A DNA stretch of 62,915 nt, counting the filler, from Basidiobolus ranarum (lineage: Eukaryota), in the NCBI GenBank assembly GCA_040143965.1. It is 27 parts of 27 records of this genome, joined end to end, with 100 filler letters (N's around TTAATTAATTAA, not from the genome) between each part and the next. Parts side by side here need not be neighbours in the genome. Positions count along the whole stretch, not along the records: positions 11,714 to 13,954 come from JASJQH010010471.1; positions 14,055 to 16,295 come from JASJQH010010472.1; positions 16,396 to 18,635 come from JASJQH010010473.1; positions 18,736 to 20,973 come from JASJQH010010474.1; positions 21,074 to 23,310 come from JASJQH010010475.1; 22 more parts are not named here. One strand, written 5' to 3'. Shown piece after piece: positions 11,866 to 23,310 of this stretch. How positions within the stretch are numbered: the stretch's first letter is position 1; every line of letters starts with the position of its first letter. The notes beneath the pieces were generated by a model. The model was given only the letters and a program-made list of their open reading frames with translations, did no database searches and had not been told where the DNA came from. The position numbers and the translations under genes were made by a program.

Positions 11866-13762
11866 GTTTCCAAAAAGGCATCTAACTTGCTATTCCAAGC
11901 TCTTGGAGATTGTTTTAAGCCATAGAGTATTTTCCAGAGTCTGCAAACTGTTTTAGGGTTTTCTGGGTCCACAAATCCTTCTGGCAGGCCCATATAGATC
12001 TCCTCAGCAAGCTCACCATTCAAAAAAGTAGCTTAACAGCCATTTGATGCATAATAAACTGATATTTAGCTGACATTGCTAAAATCAATCTGATTGAATT
12101 TAATGTTGCTATGGGAGCAAAAGTATTGGTATAGTATATTCCTGATGTTTGCGAGTAGCCTTTGGCTGCTAGTCTAGCCTTGTACCTTTCTATATTGCCA
12201 TCAGAGTTGTATTTAACTTTAGACACCCATTGGAAGCCAATTGTTTTTCTAGCATCAGGTAAGTTGGTTAAAATCCAAGTTTGATTATCAATCAAGGACT
12301 GTTGCTCATCAGCCCTTGCAGATTTCCAAATTTTGTGTGAAGGCCATTCAGGGCCTCTTTTACAGTTTGGGGATCATGTATTTGAGCTGTGCAGGCATTG
12401 GCTCAATTTTTGGACTCATTGATATAATAATCAGGGCTATTTCTGATCAAATTTGATCTCCTGGTTTGGGATAAAGGTACTATAGCTTCTGGCATTGTAT
12501 TGGGCACTGCAGTAGGCAAAATTTTGGTTGAAGGGTCCACAGGAATGCTCTTTTCTTCATTGCTTCAGTTTGAAACAATTTGAATGATTTTATCAGGAGA
12601 AAATGGATTTTCTGTCATCATCTGAGGTCATTTTAAGTGAAACTTTTTCATTTTCATTACACAAAACATCCCTGGACTTGACTAACTTGGAAATTTTGAT
12701 ATCATAGAGTCTGTAGGCCTTAGTTTGAGTATAATAACCCAGAAATATGTGTTTCTAACTTTTTGGATCAAATTTAGACCAATTCTTGGTCATAATTTTG
12801 ACATAAACAATGCATCCAAAGATCCTCAAATATTTTACATCAGGTTTAACTCCAAACCAAGCTTGATATGGTGTACAGTTAGACAGACTTCTAGTAACAC
12901 TTCTATACTTCAAATATACAGCTGTAGCAATAGATCCTGCCCAAAAGTTATGTGATAAAATTTGTGCATTTATCATAGATCTTGCCATTTTATCATAGTC
13001 CTGCTAGCTCTTTCAGCAACTCCATTTTGCTGAGGTGAATAGGGAGCAGTAGTTTCATGCTTAATTCCATGAACTTTGCAAAAGTGCTTATATAGTGTTG
13101 AAGTATAGTATCCACCATTATCAGTATGTATTTTCTTGATTTTAGTTCCAGTTTCAGTCTTCACAAGTATTGAAAGTCCCTAAAGATAGAGAGAACTTCT
13201 TATTTTCTTTCCATAAAGTAGATCTAAGTTTATCTTGTATAATCATCAATGAATGTTATCAAAAATCTTTTCCACCTAATGAAAAATTTTGCATAGGTCA
13301 ACACCAATCTGAATGAATTAGATCCAATTTTTTGACAGATTTGATTAAACCAGAGCTCTTGAACAGTTGCCTGGCTTATTTTCCATATATACAACCCTCA
13401 CAAATTTCCATTTTGGTTGGGGGGTTAACTTGAATTCCAGAAATTAGGCAATTTTTGAACATTTTGCTCAAATAATCAAATCCAATATGGCCAAATCTCT
13501 TATGCCATAATTGAATAGTCTCTTGATTGGAGTAACTTATATTTACACATAAACCTCTTGGATTGTTTGTAAGTTTGTATAAGTTCTGATCCTTTTCTCC
13601 CAAAGCTAAATAATACCCATTTTGATCAGTGATGGTACATCCTGACTTATCAAAATTGAATTTTAGCCCTTCTGAGGTGGCCTGGTATACAGATATTAAA
13701 TTCTTGGCAAAATCTGGAACATAGAGTACATCCTTAAAAGTATATACTTTCTCTTCAGAAGC
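11866..13762 (-). mobile_element. Ty1/Copia pol (GAG-pre-IN, integrase, RT start), degenerate; family B LTR pieces at 11714-11865 and 13763-13954
   Basis: LWHKRFGHIG, CEGCIYGK, HTDNGG, TAPYSPQQNGVAER, ERYKARLAAKGYSQ motifs. Confidence 0.93.
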
Positions 13763-14079
13763 TGTTAGAGGATATTGACATAATAGGGTTAGACTTTGAG
13801 TATTAGAAGCAACTTATGATAGTGTGTTTTAGTTAGTTTATTATTAAGAGTATATGGTGACTTATATAGTAGAAAAGTAAATCAATTGTTTGAGATATTC
13901 AGGAGTTTGTGTAATAAGATATAATAGATAAGTGGGGGTAATAAGACATACTTGNNNNNNNNNNNNNNNNNNNNNNNNNNNNNNNNNNNNNNNNNNNNTT
14001 AATTAATTAANNNNNNNNNNNNNNNNNNNNNNNNNNNNNNNNNNNNNNNNNNNNTGAATGTCACTGCTCTAGTTGTGTA

Positions 14080-15489
14080 GTGTGGGATAAAATTAGAGCA
14101 CAGGCTCACGAGCGCAACAGTGTAGTTGGGAGGTGTGCAGACATGTGCCATTCTAGCTTTTTGTTATGGATGAATGCCTATGGGCAGGGACTGACCTACT
14201 GCAATCGTAGAGTACCCAGCATTAGGGCTCTAATCGAGGCACCACGCATCAAGGTGTCACTTATTGGAAAGCCAGCACAAAAAGGGAGTGCCTACACTTC
14301 TAGAAACGACATACCATGGAAATCTGAATTCAATGAGTCAGAGTGGAATACAGTATGGTGCCAGCCAACCTTCTTCTACAGTACTATAGTCTATAATTGT
14401 GGTTTCTTTAGTGGTCCTCATCTCTCTCGTGCGGGCGCTATTGATGGTTTGTTTTACGGGGACTACAGTATGGCTGCAAGTATTCCTGCAACACAGAATG
14501 GCCTCGTAAATGACATTCAAGCTGTACTTACCGAGGTTGGCATGCCGGAAAGTATGAAGGATGTAGCCCTGTGTGGCCTGCTCAACTACACCTATATTGC
14601 ACAGAAGAGCAGATATGAGGACAGGGTATATGAAGCCCTGCGGGGAAAACAGCTGCTGCCAACGATGGCAGTGTGGGAATCTCTGGATGATATGGCCATC
14701 TTCAGTCTGATTGACGGAGCCTTTGGAAAGCAACTGACGGAGATGATGGCGGACTCTAAGTTGATGTATGGGCCAATGGTCGCAAATGTAACTCATCAAT
14801 GTATGGACTACGGATTTGACATAGGATCTGGTGAGCGAGCAAACATGTTTACAACATTGTGCTACAAGGATGGTGCAGTTGACTATGAGCTTGGGTTGCG
14901 CAAGCTACGTGCATGGATGGGATACTACGCGAAAGAAAATCGCTGGTGGGATTCAGACAGTATCATGCTGTCATGGACGTTTGTTTGGGAATGGTGTAAC
15001 ATGAGACATACCCACGCGGTCAATGCCCATTGTTTTCCCAGGGAGTACACTGATTCTGTTTTGGTTCCGGAGTGCATTCAGCTGGGCGAGGATCGTCATG
15101 AACTCTGGAAGATCCCAACAGTTGAAATCTCTACTAGTTTTGGGTTACTCAGAGTCTCCGCACTGAGTGCATGGGCGCGTGAGAAGAGCCAAGAGTTTGC
15201 ACTGATACACGATCTATTGATTGCCAAGTGCGTCAACTGTTGGGAAGCTGGTGAGTGTGGGTGTGATTTATCTCAACTGCGCGCTGAGTTGGCAACAGCT
15301 ATGTTAAGATATCTCAAGCAGGGTTGTTGGCAAGATGCTCAGGCCGGGATCTGGGGCTTAGTCATAGATTTCTGGCTTTTATACAACATGGGCGATGCCA
15401 ATTTTTATGTATCGATGCACGCTGGTGGGCAGGATGCACATCACGACAGAGTTCATGGAAGCGAAGTACCTGTCTGGAAGTGGCAGTAG
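14080..15489 (+). CDS. Hypothetical 469-aa protein; weak class I terpene-cyclase-like motifs
   Basis: Long uninterrupted ORF, visibly more GC- and CpG-rich than surroundings; start uncertain near contig edge. Confidence 0.75.
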   Translation: MWDKIRAQAHERNSVVGRCADMCHSSFLLWMNAYGQGLTYCNRRVPSIRALIEAPRIKVSLIGKPAQKGSAYTSRNDIPWKSEFNESEWNTVWCQPTFFYSTIVYNCGFFSGPHLSRAGAIDGLFYGDYSMAASIPATQNGLVNDIQAVLTEVGMPESMKDVALCGLLNYTYIAQKSRYEDRVYEALRGKQLLPTMAVWESLDDMAIFSLIDGAFGKQLTEMMADSKLMYGPMVANVTHQCMDYGFDIGSGERANMFTTLCYKDGAVDYELGLRKLRAWMGYYAKENRWWDSDSIMLSWTFVWEWCNMRHTHAVNAHCFPREYTDSVLVPECIQLGEDRHELWKIPTVEISTSFGLLRVSALSAWAREKSQEFALIHDLLIAKCVNCWEAGECGCDLSQLRAELATAMLRYLKQGCWQDAQAGIWGLVIDFWLLYNMGDANFYVSMHAGGQDAHHDRVHGSEVPVWKWQ

Positions 15490-16395
15490 TATGAGTCAAA
15501 TGGTGGGTTCGATTGGCATAAATTCCAGTCCTCGGTCATCCATAATAAAGTTGATTAGGTCCAAGATAAAGACATCAATAGAAATTAGTTTTGGCAATAA
15601 TATCAAAAGCGTGCATATTTTTAGTACGTAAAAAATGGAATTTGCGATTATATTAAGCACGACAATGCCTACATATAAGAGTGAGGCTTTCCCAACGCTT
15701 CTGCACCAGTCATTTTTTACCGAATTTTGCTATGCAACTGCTTATCTAGCATTAGTCAAGCAAACGGCGACTTTGAAATGAGATGCCCGGTTATTCAAGG
15801 GGCTATCATGATCCAAGATCTCGCATTGTATCAGATAGATAGAATGAAAGATCTATGGAGTTTAATTACTTCGTGTCACACCTTCGATCTCTTTGCATCG
15901 AAGCAATCGGACGCATTATATAATATTTTGAACACAGTTTCATTTTTGCTATCATTGTGTTGTTTAACTTGAATTACATGTTGCATCATTTGGGGTGGTT
16001 GATCCCAACGCAATATTCAGCAATGGCCCTGAAATGTGGTTTCATGCTTTAGTTGGGATTGCATCAGTGAAATTCTCCTTTTCTCTGAAATTTAACAAGT
16101 AGCCTACACTAGGTAGTAAAACTTTGAGATTTGGTAGAGAAGTATTCGGAGAAGTTTCTACGCCCGTCACGTATAGAGATAGGGGAATTCTTATGCTAAG
16201 AATCAAACAGGGCGATGAAAGAGTTTGGCGATTATTAGAAAATGACTTCTCAGTAATAATGCATTTTGCAAACAGTTACCTCCAAACAGTTACCTNNNNN
16301 NNNNNNNNNNNNNNNNNNNNNNNNNNNNNNNNNNNNNNNTTAATTAATTAANNNNNNNNNNNNNNNNNNNNNNNNNNNNNNNNNNNNNNNNNNNN

Positions 16396-17426
16396 CTCTA
16401 CGACGAGTGTGACTGACGACTGCAGCTGGGGTAGCATCTTGAACCTCAGCGGTGGTCACAACACCAATGGCTGCGGGTCCACCTTGCTTCTTCTCTCTGC
16501 GACGTAGAAGTTCGGCTAAGAGTTCTTGCTTGGGATCATCGAATGGATCATCAGAAGTATCAGCATAGACACCAAGCGCGTTCACAGATGACTTGTGACC
16601 AGTGTTGTAAGCTGAAGCACTGTTGGCAGAATCGGTGATCAATGCATCCAGTCCACATGGAATGACATGGCCGACCTCTTCCATTCTGTCCATTTGCATC
16701 CACTTCTGGAACTTGCCATTGACATTCTTGCGAGAGATGACTCTGGCAGCACTGATCATGGGAGTAGTCATACCATCACCAATGAAGAAGATGACATTCT
16801 TGGCGATACGTTTCTTGAACTGGTTCTTGCGGACCTTCCATAAGGCCTCAGTCTTCTCGCCATTGTTGTAGTTGACGGTCACCTTGAAGTCACCCGAGTG
16901 ACGGAAAGCAGCCTTACGCCACACCTTGGATACGACATTGACTGGAGTGGAGGCCAACTTATCTCCACTCTGGCCCTTCCAGAAGTGAGCAGCGTCTTGA
17001 TAGTAAGTGAAGTTCCAAGATTCCAATGGAACTGGCTTCAAGCGAAGGTACTGAGCCAAGGGAACAGGCTTAGATTCGCTAATGACCTTACCATCATTGT
17101 TCAAGCGAACTTTGGAAATGGTCACCTCGAAATTAGAATTGGGTTGGCCAGCAACTCCTCCAGGGGCTGAAGCTTCATCGTGAACCTCTACTCGTACATC
17201 GAAGTTAGCACCTAAAAGCATCTCAGCACTACAAAGTCAAGAAACAGTTAATATAAGGTTGTCTCAATCAAGTGTTTACTAACGCGTATATGAAGTACCT
17301 AGAGGGAGGGAAGATGCATGCTTTGTCGGGACAACCGGGATGTCTGGTGAATTGCTCTGACTGAGCCTCACTGCAGAAAGCACTAATAGTGGCCAAGAGG
17401 AGAAGAGACTTCGAGTTGAAAATCAT
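16396..17426 (-). CDS. Secreted alkaline phosphatase, 5' part (intron 17229-17298)
   Basis: Signal peptide MIFNSKSLLLLATISAFCSEA; AKNVIFFIGDGM, ITDSANSASA (catalytic Ser), VTTAEVQDATPAA..SHTRRR. Confidence 0.93.
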
Positions 17427-18220
17427 TACAGAGGATTTCAATGGATTAATTGGCTTCCGGTTTGTGAGAACCAGAAGACTTGAAGGCTATTACTTATAGT
17501 TAACTGGAAATTATGAAGTCACCAATCAAAGTAAGTATTATTAGCACACCTCGGTCAAGCCTTTCATAGAAAAATTCTATCTTATTGAGTATTTTTATGG
17601 AAATCTAAGTAATAAGATTGACTTATTTAAAATACATGTCCAATTGCTCATGTACTATAAGACAGAAAGATGGATGTATCTTGCCACATCGGAGCAAATC
17701 CAGTTTTTTAGTCTGGTACCATTTGATATGGTACAAAGAAATGTAGATTAAAGCTTGCTCTTGTACGAGGCGATGGACAAATGAAGTTATTATATTTGGA
17801 CATGACATGGAAATATTACAGTTCAAGAAGTGTGTAGTTCAAAGAGTTAACAAGTTGCAACCTAAAAACTAAAGTATACTAAACGCCTTAATGCTTGCAC
17901 TCAGCAATACTGGCAAAGTACGTCTTAATTAGACTCCAATCCCTTTCGGTTGATATCTTAGTATGCAAAATCGTTGGAATAACACTGTTGTAAGGACACA
18001 AATAATTTTACATCTAGAGTATTAGATATTTTTTATTCCTCTATTATCATACTATTGTCGTTCACATTTCTGTTTCATACAGCATTCCAGTATGTCAATA
18101 AATATATTTTGAAGTTATAAGGAAAACTCGTGTATTTATTTCTATGTGAACAAAACTGACTAACACATTATGATTCATAGCTTCTAAAATTATTATAGTA
18201 GAGTATATAAACAGATCTAA

Positions 18221-18635
18221 TTATTCATCAAGTCCAAGTCCGAGAACTTCGGCAAAGTTAAAGAATACTTCAGTATTGTCCATGACACGTCCAAAGAGAT
18301 GGGCGCCTGGTCCAGTGGCAAATACTGGAACATCTTGGAGTGAGTGAACACCGTTCGATTCACTAACTGGTAGGTTACCATTGCGGTGGAGAGCGCTCTT
18401 AGCTTCATCGGGATTGGCAATGTAGTGATCATAGGTAGGTCCATGAGAGTGCGTACCCTTGTCCAAGATAGCTGGGTTCTTGACACTGGTGGTATTAAGC
18501 TGGTAAGTCTCATGATAGTTAGGGAAGTTAACTGTACCAGCAGCTAAGGTGACTCGGGGTGTCCAGTTATCAGGGAAGCCATCACCATCCTCCTCCTTGT
18601 TTCCAGGCCGGGCCCCAGTCTCATAGATGCCAATG
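18221..18635 (-). CDS. Alkaline phosphatase 3' end (second, upstream copy)
   Basis: GVHSLQDVPVFATGPGAHLFGRVMDNTEVFFNFAEVLGL* is the typical AP C-terminus; frame open to the contig end. Confidence 0.88.
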
Positions 18636-18735
18636 NNNNNNNNNNNNNNNNNNNNNNNNNNNNNNNNNNNNNNNNNNNNTTAATTAATTAANNNNNNNNN
18701 NNNNNNNNNNNNNNNNNNNNNNNNNNNNNNNNNNN

Positions 18736-19907
18736 ACGGCTCTCCAACCTCAACTGGTACTTTTCAAAGTGTCGAAATTAGTCCCAAAGGTAAAGGCAAG
18801 CAAAAAGCCACACAAACACCGCAAAGCACCCTCAGTAGTGTCAAACTACAAGGACGTACAAGATAGTCAAAGTGCTTGAGGAGTATTTTCAAAAGTATGA
18901 AGGGTAAAATGCAGTTCAAGTATGCAGAAAGTGTCTTCAAAAGAAGAACATTCAACTTGACATTCAGTCTGGTGTTGACCATGCAGATATCTGAGAAGAA
19001 CTTAATACAGAGTGGCACAATATTGCAGGGTATCTGCCAGATAGCTGAAAGAATGTTGATTCAGCAACGTTGATACAATGGTAGGCTTTGATGGAGATAT
19101 TGAGACAAACTTGTGTTGGATATAAGCTAAACCTTGTGTATGAAGAACTCTGTAAAAATATTCAGGAGAATATATCAAAGAGACTAGGGATTTTGGAGGT
19201 GACAAATTAGCATTCAAGTGGTAATTGTGCAAAATTTGAGTTACGTTTTTTGCATATGTGTTGATCCGTAGTTTTCTGCAATTTTAGCCAATCAGGCGCA
19301 ACTATTTTGCAAGATCTTGAAATTTCACTCCTGAAACTGAAAAAATTGATTAAAATCAAATCTAACTTGACAATTTTATGACTGTAAGTAAATAGTCAAT
19401 CCCAAATGGATTAAAATTGTGACGGTTTTCCTAAAATAACAATCCTCAAATTTCTGTTAGGGCAATCCTAACTGGTGATTTTCAAAGTTTTGAAATTAGC
19501 CCCAAACTTAAGGCAAGCAAAAAGCCACACAAACATTGCAGAGTACCCTCAGCAGTGGCACACTACAAGGATGTATAAAAATAGTAAAAGTGCTTCAAGA
19601 GTATTTTCAAAAGTATCAAGGGAGAAATGCAAGGGATTTTACAGGTGACAAATTAGCATACAAGTGATAAATGTCTGAAATTTGAGTTATGTTTTAGCAC
19701 ATGTGTTGATCCATAGTTTTCTGAGATTTTAGCCAACCATGTGCAACTATTTTTTGAAATCTTGAAATTTCACTCCTGAAACTGAAAAAAATGATAAAAA
19801 TAAAATCTAACTTGACAATTTTACAATGGCAAGTAAAAGCTCATTTCAAAATGGTTTAAAATTGTGATGGTTTGCCTACAATAACAATCCTCTAATTTCT
19901 GTTAGGG
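18736..19907 (+). mobile_element. CMC-EnSpm (CACTA-like) element end A, two tandem decayed copies (termini 19462 and 19907)
   Basis: Same sequence as 25748-27139; both copies end AATCCTC(A/T)AATTTCTGTTAGGG. Confidence 0.75.
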
Positions 19908-20160
19908 AGGTGAGAAGGCAAAATGCAGCAGCGCAAGTTGATGCTGGCTCTGACCCTTGTTTAAGTGTATCAAGCTTGGCAGCTGAAGTTCTTTCCTTGT
20001 CTGCATTTCCAAATGTTGCTTCTAGTTCAGTAAGGAAGGCAAGGATATTTGAAAGAAGTGGAAATCGACTATCCAACAAACAAGTAAACCAAGACAGAGC
20101 TGTTCCTGACAATAGTGCTCCCACCAGGCTTACTTTTGATTGGTCAGAGGGGTAGTAATG
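19908..20160 (-). mobile_element. Ty3/Gypsy gag fragment
   Basis: KVSLVGALLSGTALSWF...FLTELEATFG...AAKLDTLKQG resembles Retrotrans_gag. Confidence 0.75.
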
Positions 20161-21073
20161 GGAAGTAGTGTCATATTAAGAAACTGGACAAGGATTGGAA
20201 ACAACAACCAGAGGCTAGAAGGCAGCAGAGTACTTGGGTGTAGACAACCAGACAAGACAAAACAAGACTGGACAGGGAAAATACTTTGGCAAGAATCTTT
20301 CGTGATAACTGGCATTTGTCAGACCTCAGTCAGATCAAAGAATACATGGAGCTTATGAAGAAATTGCAGGGTGAGACATAATACACTAAATAGGGAATAT
20401 ACTGTGGCAAGTTCAACCAATACAAAGAGAAATGATATTAGGATAAGGTTGGAATGATTAGGTGAGCTGCCATGGAAGGTCTTGGTGGGAACACACTATG
20501 TGTGAGACAACATGATTGGTTAGGTTCCATGGAATGTTCCAAAGAACTTAACTTATATATAAGGTAACCTGGATGAACTAAAATAGGATTGCCAAGAAAG
20601 AATGGCACAGAGTTATGATGTCATTATCTAATAATAGAAGAGTTCTATTTGCAGTGGATGAGAATGCCAAGATCAGAATCATGAAAGTATCCCCTCCTTC
20701 AGTGATGGCTTCCAGACATCATAGGGACAGGTTTTTCTGGGTATGCATAAGGAAACTCTTCACAAAGTTCCTTAGCAATGGAAACATCTGTTGCTTGCTG
20801 CCATGATTGCTTATTTGTTGAGTATCCCTTTCAGTGCACTTAACATTGCAATTTACATCATTAAATTTGGGAATCTAGAATTTTGCTCACTTCATATTCA
20901 GGGTGCTCTTCAACTGGGATTGCTGAGGGTGGGTAATGGAGCCCTAACAGAAATTTGAGGATTGTTATTGGAGNNNNNNNNNNNNNNNNNNNNNNNNNNN
21001 NNNNNNNNNNNNNNNNNTTAATTAATTAANNNNNNNNNNNNNNNNNNNNNNNNNNNNNNNNNNNNNNNNNNNN

Positions 21074-21532
21074 TAGGATGTTTCACTGCTAACAAGAGGC
21101 CTAGAGGAGGGATACTCACAGAGAGGCAAAAGCTTGATAATGTCATTTTTCACATTTTAGAGCAAGAGTAGAACACAGCTTTGGTTTCCTAAAGATATAT
21201 AGCATTGTAGCAGGAAAGTATAGAGGAAAATCATTTTGTGGGCCTCAATCAAAATTAGGCAAAGTAGTCAAATTCTTGATTTATTCTCAATACATTGATA
21301 CTCAAAGATATCCATTGAGAGCTCTAGAATTAAGACACTATGAATAAAGCTTTCATCATCTTTTGAATGTGCAATAATGTCTAAAAGTACTTTTCTTAAA
21401 TATATCACATAAGTAAAATAAACTGTTTCCAAATTGGTTAATAAGATTGTGCCGGATAGTGCTCAATCATGCCAATTTGTGCTGGCACACTTTTTAGCTG
21501 GCCTGATCTGGCTCAATAAAATGGAATAAGTC
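21074..21532 (+). mobile_element. DDE_Tnp_4 transposon 3' end, second copy
   Basis: Close match to 51566-52060, sharing the terminus AATAAAATGGAA(T/C)AAGTCT. Confidence 0.8.
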
Positions 21533-21559
21533 TATAGTGTTCATTTCCTCTTTCAGTGG

Positions 21560-22350
21560 TCTTATATGCATCCTTTTTCTTTGTAACCCATTTCTTCTTT
21601 GATCTGCAGTAACGTGCTGTATGTCCCAGTTTTCCACATTTGTAACATTTTACAGTGCTCCTTTCTGGTAGACTATTCTGAGAATAAATGCTTGTGTAGT
21701 TTGTGTTTCATCTGCAAGCTGACTTTTGTCTTTCCTTTCAAATTCTTCTTGACATAGATGAGCGATCAGATATTGCTGAGAAAGCTTATCCCCAATTACT
21801 TCCAAAGTGAGTACAAGAGCTAAATATGATTCAGGGAGACCATTGACTATGGTAGGAATTATATCCATTTCAGGTACTTCATAACTCACTGATTCCAGTT
21901 GTGGAGCAAGTTTCTTGACACCATATACATATGTCATAATATTTGAATCCTCTGATGTACAAGAGTTTAAGAATTTTCTTCATAGCATCATCAAGTGAGC
22001 AAGCCCTTTTTACTCATGATGTTCCACTAGGATTTCCCATGCATTCTTGGCAGAGTCAGCATCTCTGACTATCATAAGTTGTTGTGATCCCAGTCTTAGA
22101 CATATTTCCCTAAATGCCAATCTGTCTTTTTCTTTGGAAGCTGCCCTGGCTTCTTCATGTGTTGGCTTCTTTGTTTCAGTGTCAGATTTGGTACTTTCTT
22201 CTTCACAAGTTTCTTCTTCTTCATCTGGTTGAACTACTTCCCAGACACATTTCCCTTCAAGCACAAGTTGCATCTTGAATTTCCATTCATGGAAATCTTC
22301 CCCATTGAATGTTGGAATATTAGTAATTTCCATTTGGGAAGAAGACTCTA
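21560..22350 (-). mobile_element. Copia family B gag, degenerate
   Basis: IPTFNGEDFHEWKFKMQLVLEGKCVWEVV, SAKNAWEIL, NGLPESY, CCHC knuckle near 21600-21650. Confidence 0.88.
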
Positions 22351-22358
22351 ATTCACTT

Positions 22359-22685
22359 GCTGCTACCATGTTGGAGGATATTGACATAATAAGGGTAGAC
22401 TTTGTGTATTAGAAGCAACTTATGATAGTGTGTTTTAGTTACTTTATTCTTAAGAGTATATGGTGACTGATACAGTAGAAAAGTATATCAATTGTTTAAG
22501 ATGTTCAGGAGTTTGTGTAATAAGATATAATAGATAATTGGGGGTAATAAGACATTGTTGTTATATAGATATAGAGATATTCCTATTTAGAATACAGGGG
22601 CTATAGATACATTGCTTTCTGTTTTTGATATATGTATGATAACTAGAGTTAACTATGATGTTGAATAAAGATTAATTATCCAACA
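22359..22685 (-). repeat. Copia family B 5' LTR (22369-22685) with PBS TGGTAGCAGC
   Basis: TGTTG...CAACA ends; on the minus strand TGGTAGCAGC follows directly, then gag. Confidence 0.85.
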
Positions 22686-23310
22686 AAATTTCAAGATCTT
22701 GCAAAGTAGTTGCACATGATTGGCTACAATCTCAGAGAACTATGGATCAACACATGTGCAAAAATGTAACTCAAATTTTACACAATTATCACTTGAATGC
22801 TAATTTGTCACCTTCAAAATCCCTCATCTCTTTGATATATTCTCCTGAATATTTTTATAGAGTTCTTCATACCCAAGGTTTAGCTCATACCCAACACAAG
22901 TTTGTAGCAATATCTCCATCAAAGCCCACCATTGTATTAATGTTGCTGAATCAACATTCTTCCAGCTCCCTGGCTGATACCCTGCAATATTGTGCCACTC
23001 TGTATTAAGTTCTTCCCAGATATCTGCATGGTCAACACAAGACTGAATGTCAAGTTGAATATTCTTCTTCTGAAGCCACTTTTTGCATACTTGCATTGCA
23101 TTTTTCCCTTCATACTTTTGAAAATACTCCTCATGCACTTTGACTATTTCAGTATGTCCTTATAGTATGACACTACTGAGGGTGCTTTGCAGTGTTTGTG
23201 TGGCTTTTTGCTTGCCTTTACCTTTGGGGCTAATTTCAACACTTTGAAAAGTACCAGGTGAGGTTGGAGAGACATGAGTTTTATTTGCTTGTGTTTTGGC
23301 TTGTTGAGAG
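22686..23310 (-). mobile_element. CMC-EnSpm accessory-ORF fragment
   Basis: Reverse-complement match to 18736-19320. Confidence 0.75.
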
